Of a stretch of 64,000 nucleotides of DNA, positions 55,506-64,000 are shown piece after piece (position 1 is the first letter of the stretch; each line of letters opens with the position of its first letter). The position numbers were made by a program, and so were the translations under genes. The stretch is from Acidimicrobiia bacterium (GTDB lineage: Bacteria; Actinomycetota; Acidimicrobiia; IMCC26256; JACDBD01), in contig JBOGFI010000050.1 in NCBI GenBank assembly GCA_050743365.1, forward strand, positions 2,917 through 66,916. The letters are read 5' to 3'. Below the pieces are notes generated by a model, which was given only the letters and a program-made list of their open reading frames with translations, ran no database searches and was not told the DNA's origin.

Positions 55506-56012
55506 CTACTCGGACAACTTCCTCGGACGGCCGTCTTTGCGCGGCCATTCCTCGACGAACCGATTGAGGCTCGGGCGAGTCCAGACCGGCCCCGACGCGA
55601 GCGTGGCAACCGGGGACGGGAACTCCCGGGTCTGCGCGAGTGCCGACGCGCGCTGGCGCGTGACACCCAGCAGCTCCGCGATCTCGCTCACACCCACCAA
55701 CTCGGGGAAGTTCGGCGTCTCGATGTCGCGATCGTGCTCCTCGAACGTGAGCGCTTCGGCACGGACCACTGACCACACCGGCAGACCGCTCTTCTCGGCA
55801 AGGCTCGTGAAGATCTCGCAACCCAGGGCGACCGCGTCTGCGACGGTCGCTACTGCCTCGCCGACGCTGAAGGTCGCACCGTAGCGATCGCCGACCGTCG
55901 AGGCGCTGACCGCGCCGCCACGGTCGACCAGCAGATCAACGAACTCGTCGAGCGCGGGCTCCAGCTCCACGGATTCGTCACCTGCGGCCTCGAAGCTCAC
56001 CGTCCAGCCCAT
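55506..56012 (-). CDS. Hypothetical protein with C-terminal AlpA/excisionase-like helix-turn-helix
   Basis: ATG 56012 has GAGGTGA upstream. The C-terminus reads ELVGVSEIAELLGVTRQRASALAQTREFPSPVATLASGPVWTRPSLNRFV. The N-terminal ~95 aa are acidic and unassigned. Confidence 0.55.
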   Translation of the reverse strand: MGWTVSFEAAGDESVELEPALDEFVDLLVDRGGAVSASTVGDRYGATFSVGEAVATVADAVALGCEIFTSLAEKSGLPVWSVVRAEALTFEEHDRDIETPNFPELVGVSEIAELLGVTRQRASALAQTREFPSPVATLASGPVWTRPSLNRFVEEWPRKDGRPRKLSE

Positions 56013-56178
56013 CAACTCACCTCTTCGGCGGGGGCCAGATGAAACCCCCAGGTCGCATGAGTCGAATCGCCTGCCGGCGCCCGCACCAAACTATTGACGA
56101 TGACAATAGTTGGGGCACGTTGTAGGGATCAGTAGGAATGATGCCGATCGGGCGGGGTTCCACCCCGGCCGCCGAGTA

Positions 56179-57387
56179 TCACTGAATATGCATGCCGGAG
56201 ATGGCGCGCGCGACGACGAGGCGCTGGATCTCGGAGGTGCCCTCGAAGAGCGTGTAGATCTTCGAGTCGCGGTGCCACTGCTCGACGGGGAAGTCGCGGA
56301 TGTAGCCGTAGCCGCCGAGGATCTGAATGGCCTGCTCGGTCGCCCACACCGCGACCTCGCCTGCCTTGAGCTTCGACATCGAGCCCTCGCCGTTCTCGAA
56401 CGGGTGCTTGGTCGCGGCCATCCACGCCGCCCGCCACACGAGCAGCCGGGCGGCGTCGATCTCCATCTTCATGTCGGCGAGCCGGAACGCGATCGACTGG
56501 TTCTCGATGATCTTGCGGCCGAACTGCTCTCGCTCCTTGGCGTAGTCGAGCGCGAACTCGTACGCGGCGCGGGCGATGCCGAGCGCCTGGGCGCCGACGA
56601 TCGGACGGGTCGCCTCGAACGTGCTCATGGCCGCCTGCACGTGCGCGCTCTTGCCCTCGCGAGCGCGGGCGAGGCGGGCCTCGAGCTTCTCCTCGCCGCC
56701 GAGGAGGCACTCGCTCGGCACCCGCACGTCGTCGAGGAGCACCTCGCCGGTGTGCGAGGCGCGGATGCCCATCTTCTTCTCCTTCTTCCCGGCGCTGAGG
56801 CCGGGCGTCCCCGGCGGGACGATGAAGGAGGCGTGGCCCCGGGAGCCCAGGTCGGCGTCCGCGCTGGCCACGACGACGTGGACGTCGGCGATGCCGCCGT
56901 TGGTGATGAACACCTTCTGGCCGTTGAGCACCCAGTCGTCGCCGTCCTTCCTGGCGTGCGTTCGCAGGCTGGACACGTCGGAGCCGGCGTTGGGTTCGGT
57001 CACCGCGAAGGCGGCCAGCTTGAGGTCGTCGGGCGTACCGAAGCACCGGGGCACCCACTCGGCGATCTGCTCGGGGCTGCCGTTGCCCACGATGCCGGCG
57101 ACGCCGAGCGTGGTGCCGAAGATCGCCAGCGCGATGCCGGCGTCACCCCAGCACATCTCCTCGCTCACGAGCGGGAACATCAGGCCCGTCGGGTCGGAGA
57201 AGCACTGGGCGCAGAACTCCCAGGAGTACATCCCGATCTTGGCCGCCTCCTCGATGATCGGCCAGGGAGTCTCCTCGCGCTCGTCCCACTCGTGACCGGC
57301 GGGCCGGACGACCTCCTCGGCGAAGTCGTGGACCCACTTCTGGATCTGCTGCTGGTCTTCGTTGAGCTCCAGCGAGAACTCGGCCAT
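56179..57387 (-). CDS. Acyl-CoA dehydrogenase
   Basis: 402 aa with GGAGGAG 6 nt upstream. Motifs are FAVTEPNAGSD, GQKVFITNG and YTLFEGTSEIQRLVVARAISG. Confidence 0.9.
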   Translation of the reverse strand: MAEFSLELNEDQQQIQKWVHDFAEEVVRPAGHEWDEREETPWPIIEEAAKIGMYSWEFCAQCFSDPTGLMFPLVSEEMCWGDAGIALAIFGTTLGVAGIVGNGSPEQIAEWVPRCFGTPDDLKLAAFAVTEPNAGSDVSSLRTHARKDGDDWVLNGQKVFITNGGIADVHVVVASADADLGSRGHASFIVPPGTPGLSAGKKEKKMGIRASHTGEVLLDDVRVPSECLLGGEEKLEARLARAREGKSAHVQAAMSTFEATRPIVGAQALGIARAAYEFALDYAKEREQFGRKIIENQSIAFRLADMKMEIDAARLLVWRAAWMAATKHPFENGEGSMSKLKAGEVAVWATEQAIQILGGYGYIRDFPVEQWHRDSKIYTLFEGTSEIQRLVVARAISGMHIQ

Positions 57388-57510
57388 CGGGGGCTCCTCC
57401 GGGGACTCGAAGTTACTGACGAGTAACCTTAGGATACCCCATCGGCAGAAGGGTCATGCAGCAACCGCCCGGCGGCACGCCAAGCAGGAGCGCGGGATAG
57501 CTTGAGGCCG

Positions 57511-58335
57511 ATGGGCCGGCTCGAGGGCAAGGTCGCGCTCGTCACCGGCGGCGGCGCCGGGCTGGGCGAGGCGATCGCACACCGGTATCACGGCGAGGGC
57601 GCGTCGGTGATCGTCAACGACCTCGACCCGGGGGCCGCCGAGCGGGTGGCGAAGGAGGTCGACGGGGTCGAGCACGCCGCGGACGTGTCCGACCCCGGCG
57701 CGGTACGCGCCATGTTCGCCGCGGTCGCCGAGCGGTTCGGGCGCCTCGACGTGCTCGTGAACAACGCCGGCATCAGCGGCTACGAGAACGACCCCGAGGG
57801 AATCGAGCGCCGTGCGGGCGTGCTCGGCCAGCAGATGGCCGAGCTCATGGCCGGCGGTCCCGTGCAGACGCATCTCGACCTGACCATCGAGACCACCGAC
57901 GACGACTGGCGGCAGATGATCGCGGTGCACCTCGACGGCACGTTCTTCTGCATCCGCGAGGCGCTCAAGATCATGGGGCCGCAGCTCTCGGGCTGCATCG
58001 TCAACATGGGCTCGATCATGGGGACCGCCGGCGGCGCCGGCGCCGCCGCCTACAGCGCGGCCAAGGCCGGGATCCTCGGGCTGACGCGCTCGGTGGCACG
58101 CGAGGTCGTGACCCGCAACATCCGCGTCAACGCCATCGCGCCCGGCTGGATCGACACCAACATGACCGCGCCGCTCGGGCCGCTGCTCCCCCTGATCGCG
58201 GCCCAGACGCCGATGGGCCGGCTCGGCGAGCCCGACGACATCGCCTGGGCGGCGGTCTACCTCGCCAGCGACGAGGCCAAGTTCGTGACCGGGCAGGTGC
58301 TCTCGCCCAACGGCGGCTGGCACATGAGCCAGTGA
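57511..58335 (+). CDS. Short-chain dehydrogenase/reductase (FabG-like)
   Basis: ATG 57511 inside ORF 57502..58335. Motifs are TGGGAGLG, NNAG and YSAAKAG (YxxxK). Confidence 0.85.
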   Translation: MGRLEGKVALVTGGGAGLGEAIAHRYHGEGASVIVNDLDPGAAERVAKEVDGVEHAADVSDPGAVRAMFAAVAERFGRLDVLVNNAGISGYENDPEGIERRAGVLGQQMAELMAGGPVQTHLDLTIETTDDDWRQMIAVHLDGTFFCIREALKIMGPQLSGCIVNMGSIMGTAGGAGAAAYSAAKAGILGLTRSVAREVVTRNIRVNAIAPGWIDTNMTAPLGPLLPLIAAQTPMGRLGEPDDIAWAAVYLASDEAKFVTGQVLSPNGGWHMSQ

Positions 58336-58339
58336 GGGC

Positions 58340-58807
58340 TCAGCGCGTGCCCGGGCCGACGCCGATCGGGCACAAGACCTCGCCCCGCTCCGGCGACCGC
58401 GCCGGACGCTCCTGATCGGCGGCGGCCGCAAAGACGCGGTACCCGCCCGGGTCGCGCAATGCCCGCGAGCTCGGCGGCCTTCGCGAGACGTCGGGCACGC
58501 TCAGCTCGTAGGCCAGCTCGGCGGCAGCCGTACGGGCGAGGCCGCGCCAGAAGGCGGCGAGCGCGTCCGAATGGGGACGACCGGCGGCACGCAGGCGCTC
58601 GATCACGGCCGCGCCGTCGCCGTAGCCGAGGTTGCGCTCGAACAACAATGCCTCGTCTCGGTCCTCGACCTCGGCGCGCAGCGTGACCGACCAGTTGTCC
58701 CCGAGCCCGTGATCTTGGTGCGCGACCCGGCCTTGGGCCGTCGCCGCCTCGCGCTCAGAAGGTCGAGGGTCTGGCCCGCGGGCGTGGGAACCGGACGGAT
58801 CGACCAT
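58340..58807 (-). CDS. Hypothetical protein
   Basis: Internal ATG 58807 of ORF 58340..59125; the longer form would overlap the divergent sensor gene. Codon GC3 is coding-like, no motif was recognised, and the SD is weak. Confidence 0.3.
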   Translation of the reverse strand: MVDPSGSHARGPDPRPSEREAATAQGRVAHQDHGLGDNWSVTLRAEVEDRDEALLFERNLGYGDGAAVIERLRAAGRPHSDALAAFWRGLARTAAAELAYELSVPDVSRRPPSSRALRDPGGYRVFAAAADQERPARSPERGEVLCPIGVGPGTR

Positions 58808-58894
58808 TTGCGTGCGATACCCCCGTGTGGCCGCGGCTACACATGACCATCCAACCGCTGGTGGGGCAAGATATCCCGATCCGATGAGGCGACC

Positions 58895-61800
58895 GTGCTG
58901 AGGCGACGCAGGCCAGAGCGCGGCGACGGGCAGGGCTCGGCCGACGTCCGTCGCGCGGCACTCGAGCACGGCCTCGAGCTCGCGCTCGAGGCAGGCCAGA
59001 TGGGTGTGTGGTCGTGGGACCCTCGCACCGGCGCCGTGCACTGGTCGGAGTCGATGGAGCGGCTGTTCGGGCTCGCGCCCGGCACGTTCGACGGCACACT
59101 CGAGGCTTCCTTCGACTTCGTGCACCCCGACGACCGGCAGACCGTGAGCGAGCGGATGGCGCGGGCGCTACCGGGCAGCGATCCCGGGGGCCTGGAGTAC
59201 CGGATCCTGAGAGCCGACGGCGCGGTGCGCTGGATCGAGATGCGGAGTCGACACGCCCCCGACGGCTCGGGGGCCTTCGTCGGCGTCGCCGTCGACGTGA
59301 CCCAGCGGCGGGAGGCCGAGGACGAGCTGCGCAACCGCGAGGCCGCGGCCCGCCTGGCGCTGGACGCGGGCCGGATGGGGTCGTGGCGCTGGGACCGTGA
59401 AACGAACGACGTGCTCTGGTCACCCGAGCTCGAGCGGCTCTTCGGGCTCGAGCCGGGCTCGTTCCCGGCGACCTTCGACGCCTTCCTCGAACGCGTCCAC
59501 CCCGACGACCGCGAGCGCGTGCTCGGCGTCATCCGCAGCGCGGTGGAGGAGGGCGGCCACATCGCGACGGAGCACCGCGTCGTCCTCCCCGACGGCTCGG
59601 TGCGCTGGATCGAGGGGCGCGGCTACGCCGTCCCCGGCACCGACGACACGTTGTGGATCGGCGTCGGCATCGACATCACCGAGCGCAAGCAGGCCGAGAC
59701 CGAGCGGGCCCGGCTGCACGCCCTCGAGCGCACCGCGCGCGCCAACGCCGAGCACGCCGGCCAGGAGCTGGAGGGGGCCCTGGCCCGCCTCGACACGCTG
59801 CTCGAGCACGCGCCGGTCGGCTTCGGGTTCTACGACACCGAGCTCCGCTTCGTTCGGCTCAACGAGCCCCTCGCCGAGATCCACGGGCTCCCGGTCGAGG
59901 CGCACATCGGCCGGACCGCGGCGGAGGTGGCACCCCGGCTCTGGGAGCAGGTGCAGCCCGTCTTCTCGCGCGTGCTCGAGACCGGCGAGGCGGTCGTCGA
60001 CCACGACGTGACCGGCCAGACGGCCGCGGCCCCGGGCATCGAGCGGCATTGGCTCGTGAGCGTGTACCCCGTGTCCGGCGCCTCCGGCGAGCGGCTCGGC
60101 CTGGGCACGGTCGTGCTCGACATCACGGGACGCAAGCGGGCGGAGCGGGTCGCGCGCCTGGTCGCCCGGGCCAGCGAGGTGTTCGCGTCGTCGGTCGACC
60201 TCGAGGTCACGCTCGACCAGGCCGTGCGGCTGCCGATCCCCGACTTCGCCGACTCCTGCCACCTCTTCCTCCTCGAGCCCGACGGCAGGGACCGGCGCGT
60301 GGCGCTCGCCGACGTCGACCCCGCGCTGGAGTCGCTCTTGGCGGAGACCGACCGCAGGTTCCCGGTCGACCTCGCGGGCGACCTCCCGATGGCGAAGGCG
60401 CTTCGAGAAGGACGCAGCGAGCACATCGAGCACGTCACCGACGCGATGCTGGAAGCCTTCGCGCGCGATGCCGAGCACCTCGCGCTCCTCCGCCGCCACG
60501 GCGTGTCGTCGTCGATCACGACCCCGCTGATGGCGGGCGACCAGAGGGTGGGCGTCCTCGTCCTCACCTACCGGCAAGCGTCGGGCCGCCGGTACCAGCG
60601 GAGCGAGGTGGCGCTGGCCGAGGAGCTGGCGCGCCGGTTCGCGCAGGTCATCGAGTGGGCGAAGCTCTCCGCCGAGGCGGAACGGGGGCGCGCGCGCCTC
60701 GACCTTCTCGCGCGCGCCGGGGAGCTGCTCACCGTCGAGCTCGACGCGACCGCGCGCCTCGAGCGCATGGCCAACGTGGTGGTACCGAGCTTCGCCGACG
60801 TCGCCATCGTCCATTTGACCCGACTCGACGGCGACCTAGGCCTCGCGCACGTGGCGTTCGCCGACGCCGAGCGACGCGCCCGCTTCCAGTCGGTCGGCGA
60901 ATGGCCGCCGCTCGCGATCGATGGCCCGGCCCCCCAGGCCGAGGCGGTCCGCACGGGGCGTCCCGCGCTCCTCACCGAGGTGCCCGAGGGCCTCGTGGAC
61001 CAGGTGCTCACCGACCCCCAGCGCGAGTTCGCCCTCAGCCTGGGCATCCGGTCGATCGTCGCCTGCCCGCTTCTCGGGGCCGACGGTTCCTTCGGCGCCA
61101 TCAGCTTCGCGCTCACCGGCCCCGGCCGGCGATACGGCCCCGAGGACGTGCCGCTGGCGGAGGAGCTCGCCCGGCGGGCGGCGTCGGGGGTCGGGCACGC
61201 GCTGCGATTCGAGCAGGAGCACGCGACGGCCGAGACCCTGCAGCGCAGCCTGCTCCCGGAGCGCCTGCCCACCCTGCCCGAGGTCGAGCTGGCGGCGCGC
61301 TACGTGCCCGGCAGCGAGGAGCTCAAGGTCGGCGGCGACTGGTACGACGTGGTGCCGCTCCGGAACGGGCTGGTCATGCTCGCGATCGGCGACGTGGTGG
61401 GCCACGGCGTGCGGGCCGCGGTGGCGATGGGCAAGATCCGCAACGCCCTTCAGTTCTGCGCGCTGGACGGGCTCGCGCCCGGCGCGATCCTGAGGCGGCT
61501 CAACCAGTACTTCTGTGGCCTCGAGGACGCCGCCATGGCCACGCTCCTCGTGCTGGTGCACGATCGCGCCGACGCGACGCTGCGGTTCTCGAGCGCCGGG
61601 CACCCGCCGCCGCTCCTGCAACGTCCGGGCGAAGCGCTCGAGTACCTCCCCGGGGGACGGGACGCGCCGCTGTGCGCGTCCGACACGTCCCGCTATCCGG
61701 AGGTCGAGGCCGAGCTCCCGCCGGGCTCGCTGCTGCTCCTGTACACCGACGGGCTCATCGAACGCCGCCAGGAGTCGCTCGACGAGGGCTTCCGGCGCCT

Positions 61801-62314
61801 TGCGGGAGCCGTCGCACGCGCGCCCGAGAAGCTCGACGAGCTCGCCGACCACGTCCTGGCCGAGCTCCTGGGCGGCAGGGGCCCCGACGACGACGTGGCC
61901 CTGCTCGCGTTCCGGTCGCTCGCCCGGTCCGAGGGCCTGGAGCTTCGCCTACCGGCGCGGCCCCGAGAGCTGGCGGTGCTGCGCGCCGGGCTCCGGGACT
62001 GGCTGGCGCGAGCCGCTGCCGCACCCACCGAAGCAGAAGAGATCACCCTGGCGGTCGACGAGGCCGCGGCCAACGCCGTCGAGCACGCGTACGGCCTTGG
62101 GGACGGCGACTTCTCGGTCGAGGCGCACCCCGAGGGCGACGACGTGGTGGTCGTGGTGCGCGACTGGGGGGAGTGGCGCGACCGTGCGCCCCGGGCCGGT
62201 GGGCGCGGGGCAGGCCTGATGCGCAGCCTGATGGACGACGTGCAGATCGAGTCCGGCCCCCGCGGCACGGAGGTCCGGATGCGCCGCCGATTGCGGCGAG
62301 AGCGGGGCGGATGA
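58895..62314 (+). CDS. Multidomain sensor: PAS-PAS-PAS-GAF-GAF-PP2C (SpoIIE) phosphatase-HATPase_c (RsbW-like kinase)
   Basis: 1139 aa with a GTG start and GAGG 5 nt upstream. Three PAS repeats are marked by WSWDPRTG.., WRWDRETN.., FGFYDTELRF... Two GAF-like blocks follow. The PP2C region has LLPERLP...GGDWYDV...GDVVGHG...LLLYTDGL. The C-terminal domain has AVDEAAANAVEHAY...GRGAGLMRSLMD. Confidence 0.85.
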   Translation: MLRRRRPERGDGQGSADVRRAALEHGLELALEAGQMGVWSWDPRTGAVHWSESMERLFGLAPGTFDGTLEASFDFVHPDDRQTVSERMARALPGSDPGGLEYRILRADGAVRWIEMRSRHAPDGSGAFVGVAVDVTQRREAEDELRNREAAARLALDAGRMGSWRWDRETNDVLWSPELERLFGLEPGSFPATFDAFLERVHPDDRERVLGVIRSAVEEGGHIATEHRVVLPDGSVRWIEGRGYAVPGTDDTLWIGVGIDITERKQAETERARLHALERTARANAEHAGQELEGALARLDTLLEHAPVGFGFYDTELRFVRLNEPLAEIHGLPVEAHIGRTAAEVAPRLWEQVQPVFSRVLETGEAVVDHDVTGQTAAAPGIERHWLVSVYPVSGASGERLGLGTVVLDITGRKRAERVARLVARASEVFASSVDLEVTLDQAVRLPIPDFADSCHLFLLEPDGRDRRVALADVDPALESLLAETDRRFPVDLAGDLPMAKALREGRSEHIEHVTDAMLEAFARDAEHLALLRRHGVSSSITTPLMAGDQRVGVLVLTYRQASGRRYQRSEVALAEELARRFAQVIEWAKLSAEAERGRARLDLLARAGELLTVELDATARLERMANVVVPSFADVAIVHLTRLDGDLGLAHVAFADAERRARFQSVGEWPPLAIDGPAPQAEAVRTGRPALLTEVPEGLVDQVLTDPQREFALSLGIRSIVACPLLGADGSFGAISFALTGPGRRYGPEDVPLAEELARRAASGVGHALRFEQEHATAETLQRSLLPERLPTLPEVELAARYVPGSEELKVGGDWYDVVPLRNGLVMLAIGDVVGHGVRAAVAMGKIRNALQFCALDGLAPGAILRRLNQYFCGLEDAAMATLLVLVHDRADATLRFSSAGHPPPLLQRPGEALEYLPGGRDAPLCASDTSRYPEVEAELPPGSLLLLYTDGLIERRQESLDEGFRRLAGAVARAPEKLDELADHVLAELLGGRGPDDDVALLAFRSLARSEGLELRLPARPRELAVLRAGLRDWLARAAAAPTEAEEITLAVDEAAANAVEHAYGLGDGDFSVEAHPEGDDVVVVVRDWGEWRDRAPRAGGRGAGLMRSLMDDVQIESGPRGTEVRMRRRLRRERGG

Positions 62315-62673
62315 GCCCGATCGGCCAGATCGAGGTCGACCAGCGCGGCTCGGTCCTCGTCGCCGAGATCTCGGGCGAGGTCGACCTGTCGAACGTCGGC
62401 GAGATGGAGCGTGTCATCGCGCTGTCGGTCGGCCGCGACACGCACGACGTCGTGCTCGACCTCACGCCGACCATGTTCATCGACAGCACGGGCGTGCGCA
62501 TGATCTTCGAGCTCGCCCGGCGGCTCCGCGTGCGCCGTCACCGGCTCCGGCTGGTGGCCGGCGAGGAGACGCTCGTCCACCGCGTGATCGCCATGACCCA
62601 GCTCCACGAGGTCGTGCCGGTGGACGCGAGCCTCGACGCCGCATTCGTCGCGCTCGAGAGCGAAGCGGAGTAG
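62311..62673 (+). CDS. STAS-domain anti-sigma-factor antagonist (RsbV/SpoIIAA-like)
   Basis: ATG 62311 inside shadow ORF 59653..62673, in an ATGA overlap with the sensor stop. VLDLTPTMFIDSTGVRMIFEL carries the phosphorylatable Ser context DST. Confidence 0.8.
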   Translation: MSPIGQIEVDQRGSVLVAEISGEVDLSNVGEMERVIALSVGRDTHDVVLDLTPTMFIDSTGVRMIFELARRLRVRRHRLRLVAGEETLVHRVIAMTQLHEVVPVDASLDAAFVALESEAE

Positions 62674-62685
62674 CCGCGGCGTCGA

Positions 62686-64000
62686 CTAGAGCGCGAACTC
62701 CACCGCCTCGATCGCCCGGAGGCGGTCGAAGTGCTCGCGCAGCTCGGCGCGCCGGCCGCGGTCCATGGCCAGGTTCACGAGCTCGTGGGGATCCTCGTCG
62801 AGGTCGTACAGCTCGTGGTCGTGGTCGTCGAAGTCGGCGTCGACGTCGAACAACTTGGAGCCTCGGGGCCTCCCCAACAGCCCCGGGCCCGGGACCCCGC
62901 CGCCGACGCCGTAGTAGCGGGCGTACTTGTAGCGCCCGTCGAAGACGCCGCGCAGGGCGTAGCGGGTCTGGTTGACGTTGTCGGTGTGGGCCGAGTCCTG
63001 CGCGAAGAGGACGTAGTCGCGGACCGAGGCGTCCGCGTTGGCGAAGACCGGTGAGAGGTCGACCCCCTTGAGGCTGGGATGGTCCGCGGGGTCGGCGCCG
63101 GCGAGAGCGGCGATCGTCGTGGCGAGGTCGACGTGGTTCCCGAGCGCGGGGGTGCGCGTGCCGGGCGTCGTGACGCCGGGCACCTTGACGTACAGCGGGA
63201 CCTTCATGATCTCGTCGTACACGAACGGCCCCTTCGAGCGCAGACCGTGCGAGCCGCACATGTCGCCGTGGTCGGAGGTGAAGACGATCGCGGTCTCGTC
63301 CCAGGCCCCGGCGTCGTCGAGTGCCCCGAGCACGGCCCCGAGGCTGTCGTCGGCAAGGCGGTGGAGCTTCACGTAGTAGTCGAGGTGGCGCAGCCAGGCA
63401 CCCTTGTCGACGGGGTCGATGTAGCCCCACAGGCTGCGCTGCTGGTCCCAGCGCCACTGCCGGTGCGCCTCGGGCTTCGTATGGAGGTCGTCGTCGAAGT
63501 TCGCCGGGAGCTCGGCGAAGATCTCCTCGTAGTCGTCCTCGAACAGCGGCAGCACCTCGTCGTCCTTCCACTGCGCCGCCTGGAGGAACTCGCGGATGGT
63601 CGCGACCTCGTCGGGGTGCTGCTCGCCGTACCAGGGCTGGTCGACGGGGTACCACATGACGTCGTGGGGGTTCACGAGCGCGACCGTGAGGAACCAGGGC
63701 CGGTCGGTGGAAGCAGCGTTCTCCCGCAACCAGTGCGCGGCGTTGTCGGCGATGATCGGGTCGAAGTGCACCCCGGTGCCGGCCCAGCCCATGAAGTGGC
63801 GGTCGTTGCCCTCCCAGTCGGCGTAGCCGTAGGCGGTCATGTCGGGCGACACCGCGTGGGAGAGGTGCCACTTCCCGATGTACGAGGAGCGATAGCCGGC
63901 ACCGCGCAGGATGTGCCCGAGGGTGGGGATCGCGGGGTCGAGCTCCGCGTGCTCCGGCATGATGACGTTGTCGGGCACCCCGTGCTGAGGCACGTACCGC
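62686..64000 (-). CDS. Sulfatase (arylsulfatase family), partial (N-terminus beyond 64000)
   Basis: The reading frame stays open to the window edge. Motifs are GKWHL, ALVNPHD and FTSDHGDMCGSHG. The CxPxR formylglycine motif would lie outside the window. Confidence 0.8.
   Translation of the reverse strand, partial: RYVPQHGVPDNVIMPEHAELDPAIPTLGHILRGAGYRSSYIGKWHLSHAVSPDMTAYGYADWEGNDRHFMGWAGTGVHFDPIIADNAAHWLRENAASTDRPWFLTVALVNPHDVMWYPVDQPWYGEQHPDEVATIREFLQAAQWKDDEVLPLFEDDYEEIFAELPANFDDDLHTKPEAHRQWRWDQQRSLWGYIDPVDKGAWLRHLDYYVKLHRLADDSLGAVLGALDDAGAWDETAIVFTSDHGDMCGSHGLRSKGPFVYDEIMKVPLYVKVPGVTTPGTRTPALGNHVDLATTIAALAGADPADHPSLKGVDLSPVFANADASVRDYVLFAQDSAHTDNVNQTRYALRGVFDGRYKYARYYGVGGGVPGPGLLGRPRGSKLFDVDADFDDHDHELYDLDEDPHELVNLAMDRGRRAELREHFDRLRAIEAVEFAL

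Noticed and set aside
59653-62310. The first ~885 codons of the 1006-aa ORF 59653..62673
   Set aside because: It is an out-of-frame shadow of the PAS-GAF-PP2C sensor (Arg/Pro/Gly-rich). Only the last 121 codons, from ATG 62311, encode a recognisable STAS protein.

Overview
High-GC (about 70% by eye) actinobacterial-style chromosomal window with no rRNA, tRNA, CRISPR array, transposase or integrase recognised. Left flank (1-11.3 kb): a tightly packed minus-strand acyl-CoA operon (crotonase, two tandem alpha/beta-hydrolase-adenylate cyclase paralogs, carboxyltransferase), then membrane and GT genes, a Zn-ADH, an arylsulfotransferase-like lipoprotein, an aldo-keto reductase and a TetR regulator. 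Centre (11.3-45.5 kb): a ~34 kb compositionally mosaic glycan-assembly locus of 26 intact genes plus one remnant. It holds a PglC-type phosphoglycosyltransferase with a DegT aminotransferase, three GT2 and three GT4 enzymes, and a coupled neuB-neuC-neuA nonulosonate cassette. It also holds an AsnB-type amidotransferase, a FAAL-like adenylase with a carrier protein and a GNAT/FemAB-like acyltransferase, a CapK/PaaK-like ligase, and three methyltransferases. Export and assembly genes are an ABC exporter, a Wzy_C protein, a Wzc tyrosine autokinase and a degenerate WecA-like domain fused to DUF4012. No Wzx flippase is present. Right flank (45.5-64 kb): a decay zone (HtrA-like pseudogene, acyl-CoA dehydrogenase 3' remnant, methyltransferase remnant) and a highly repetitive Pro-rich secreted protein with a sorting-signal-like C-terminus. 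It continues with a LysM lipoprotein, an ECF sigma/anti-sigma pair, a split MetE-like pair, a PEP-utilising protein, an orphan HTH protein, ACAD and SDR genes, a 1139-aa PAS3-GAF2-PP2C-HATPase sensor coupled to a STAS protein, and a partial sulfatase. Many long track ORFs lying antisense or out of frame to these genes are high-GC shadow ORFs. All calls rest on motif reading by eye, and no searches were run.
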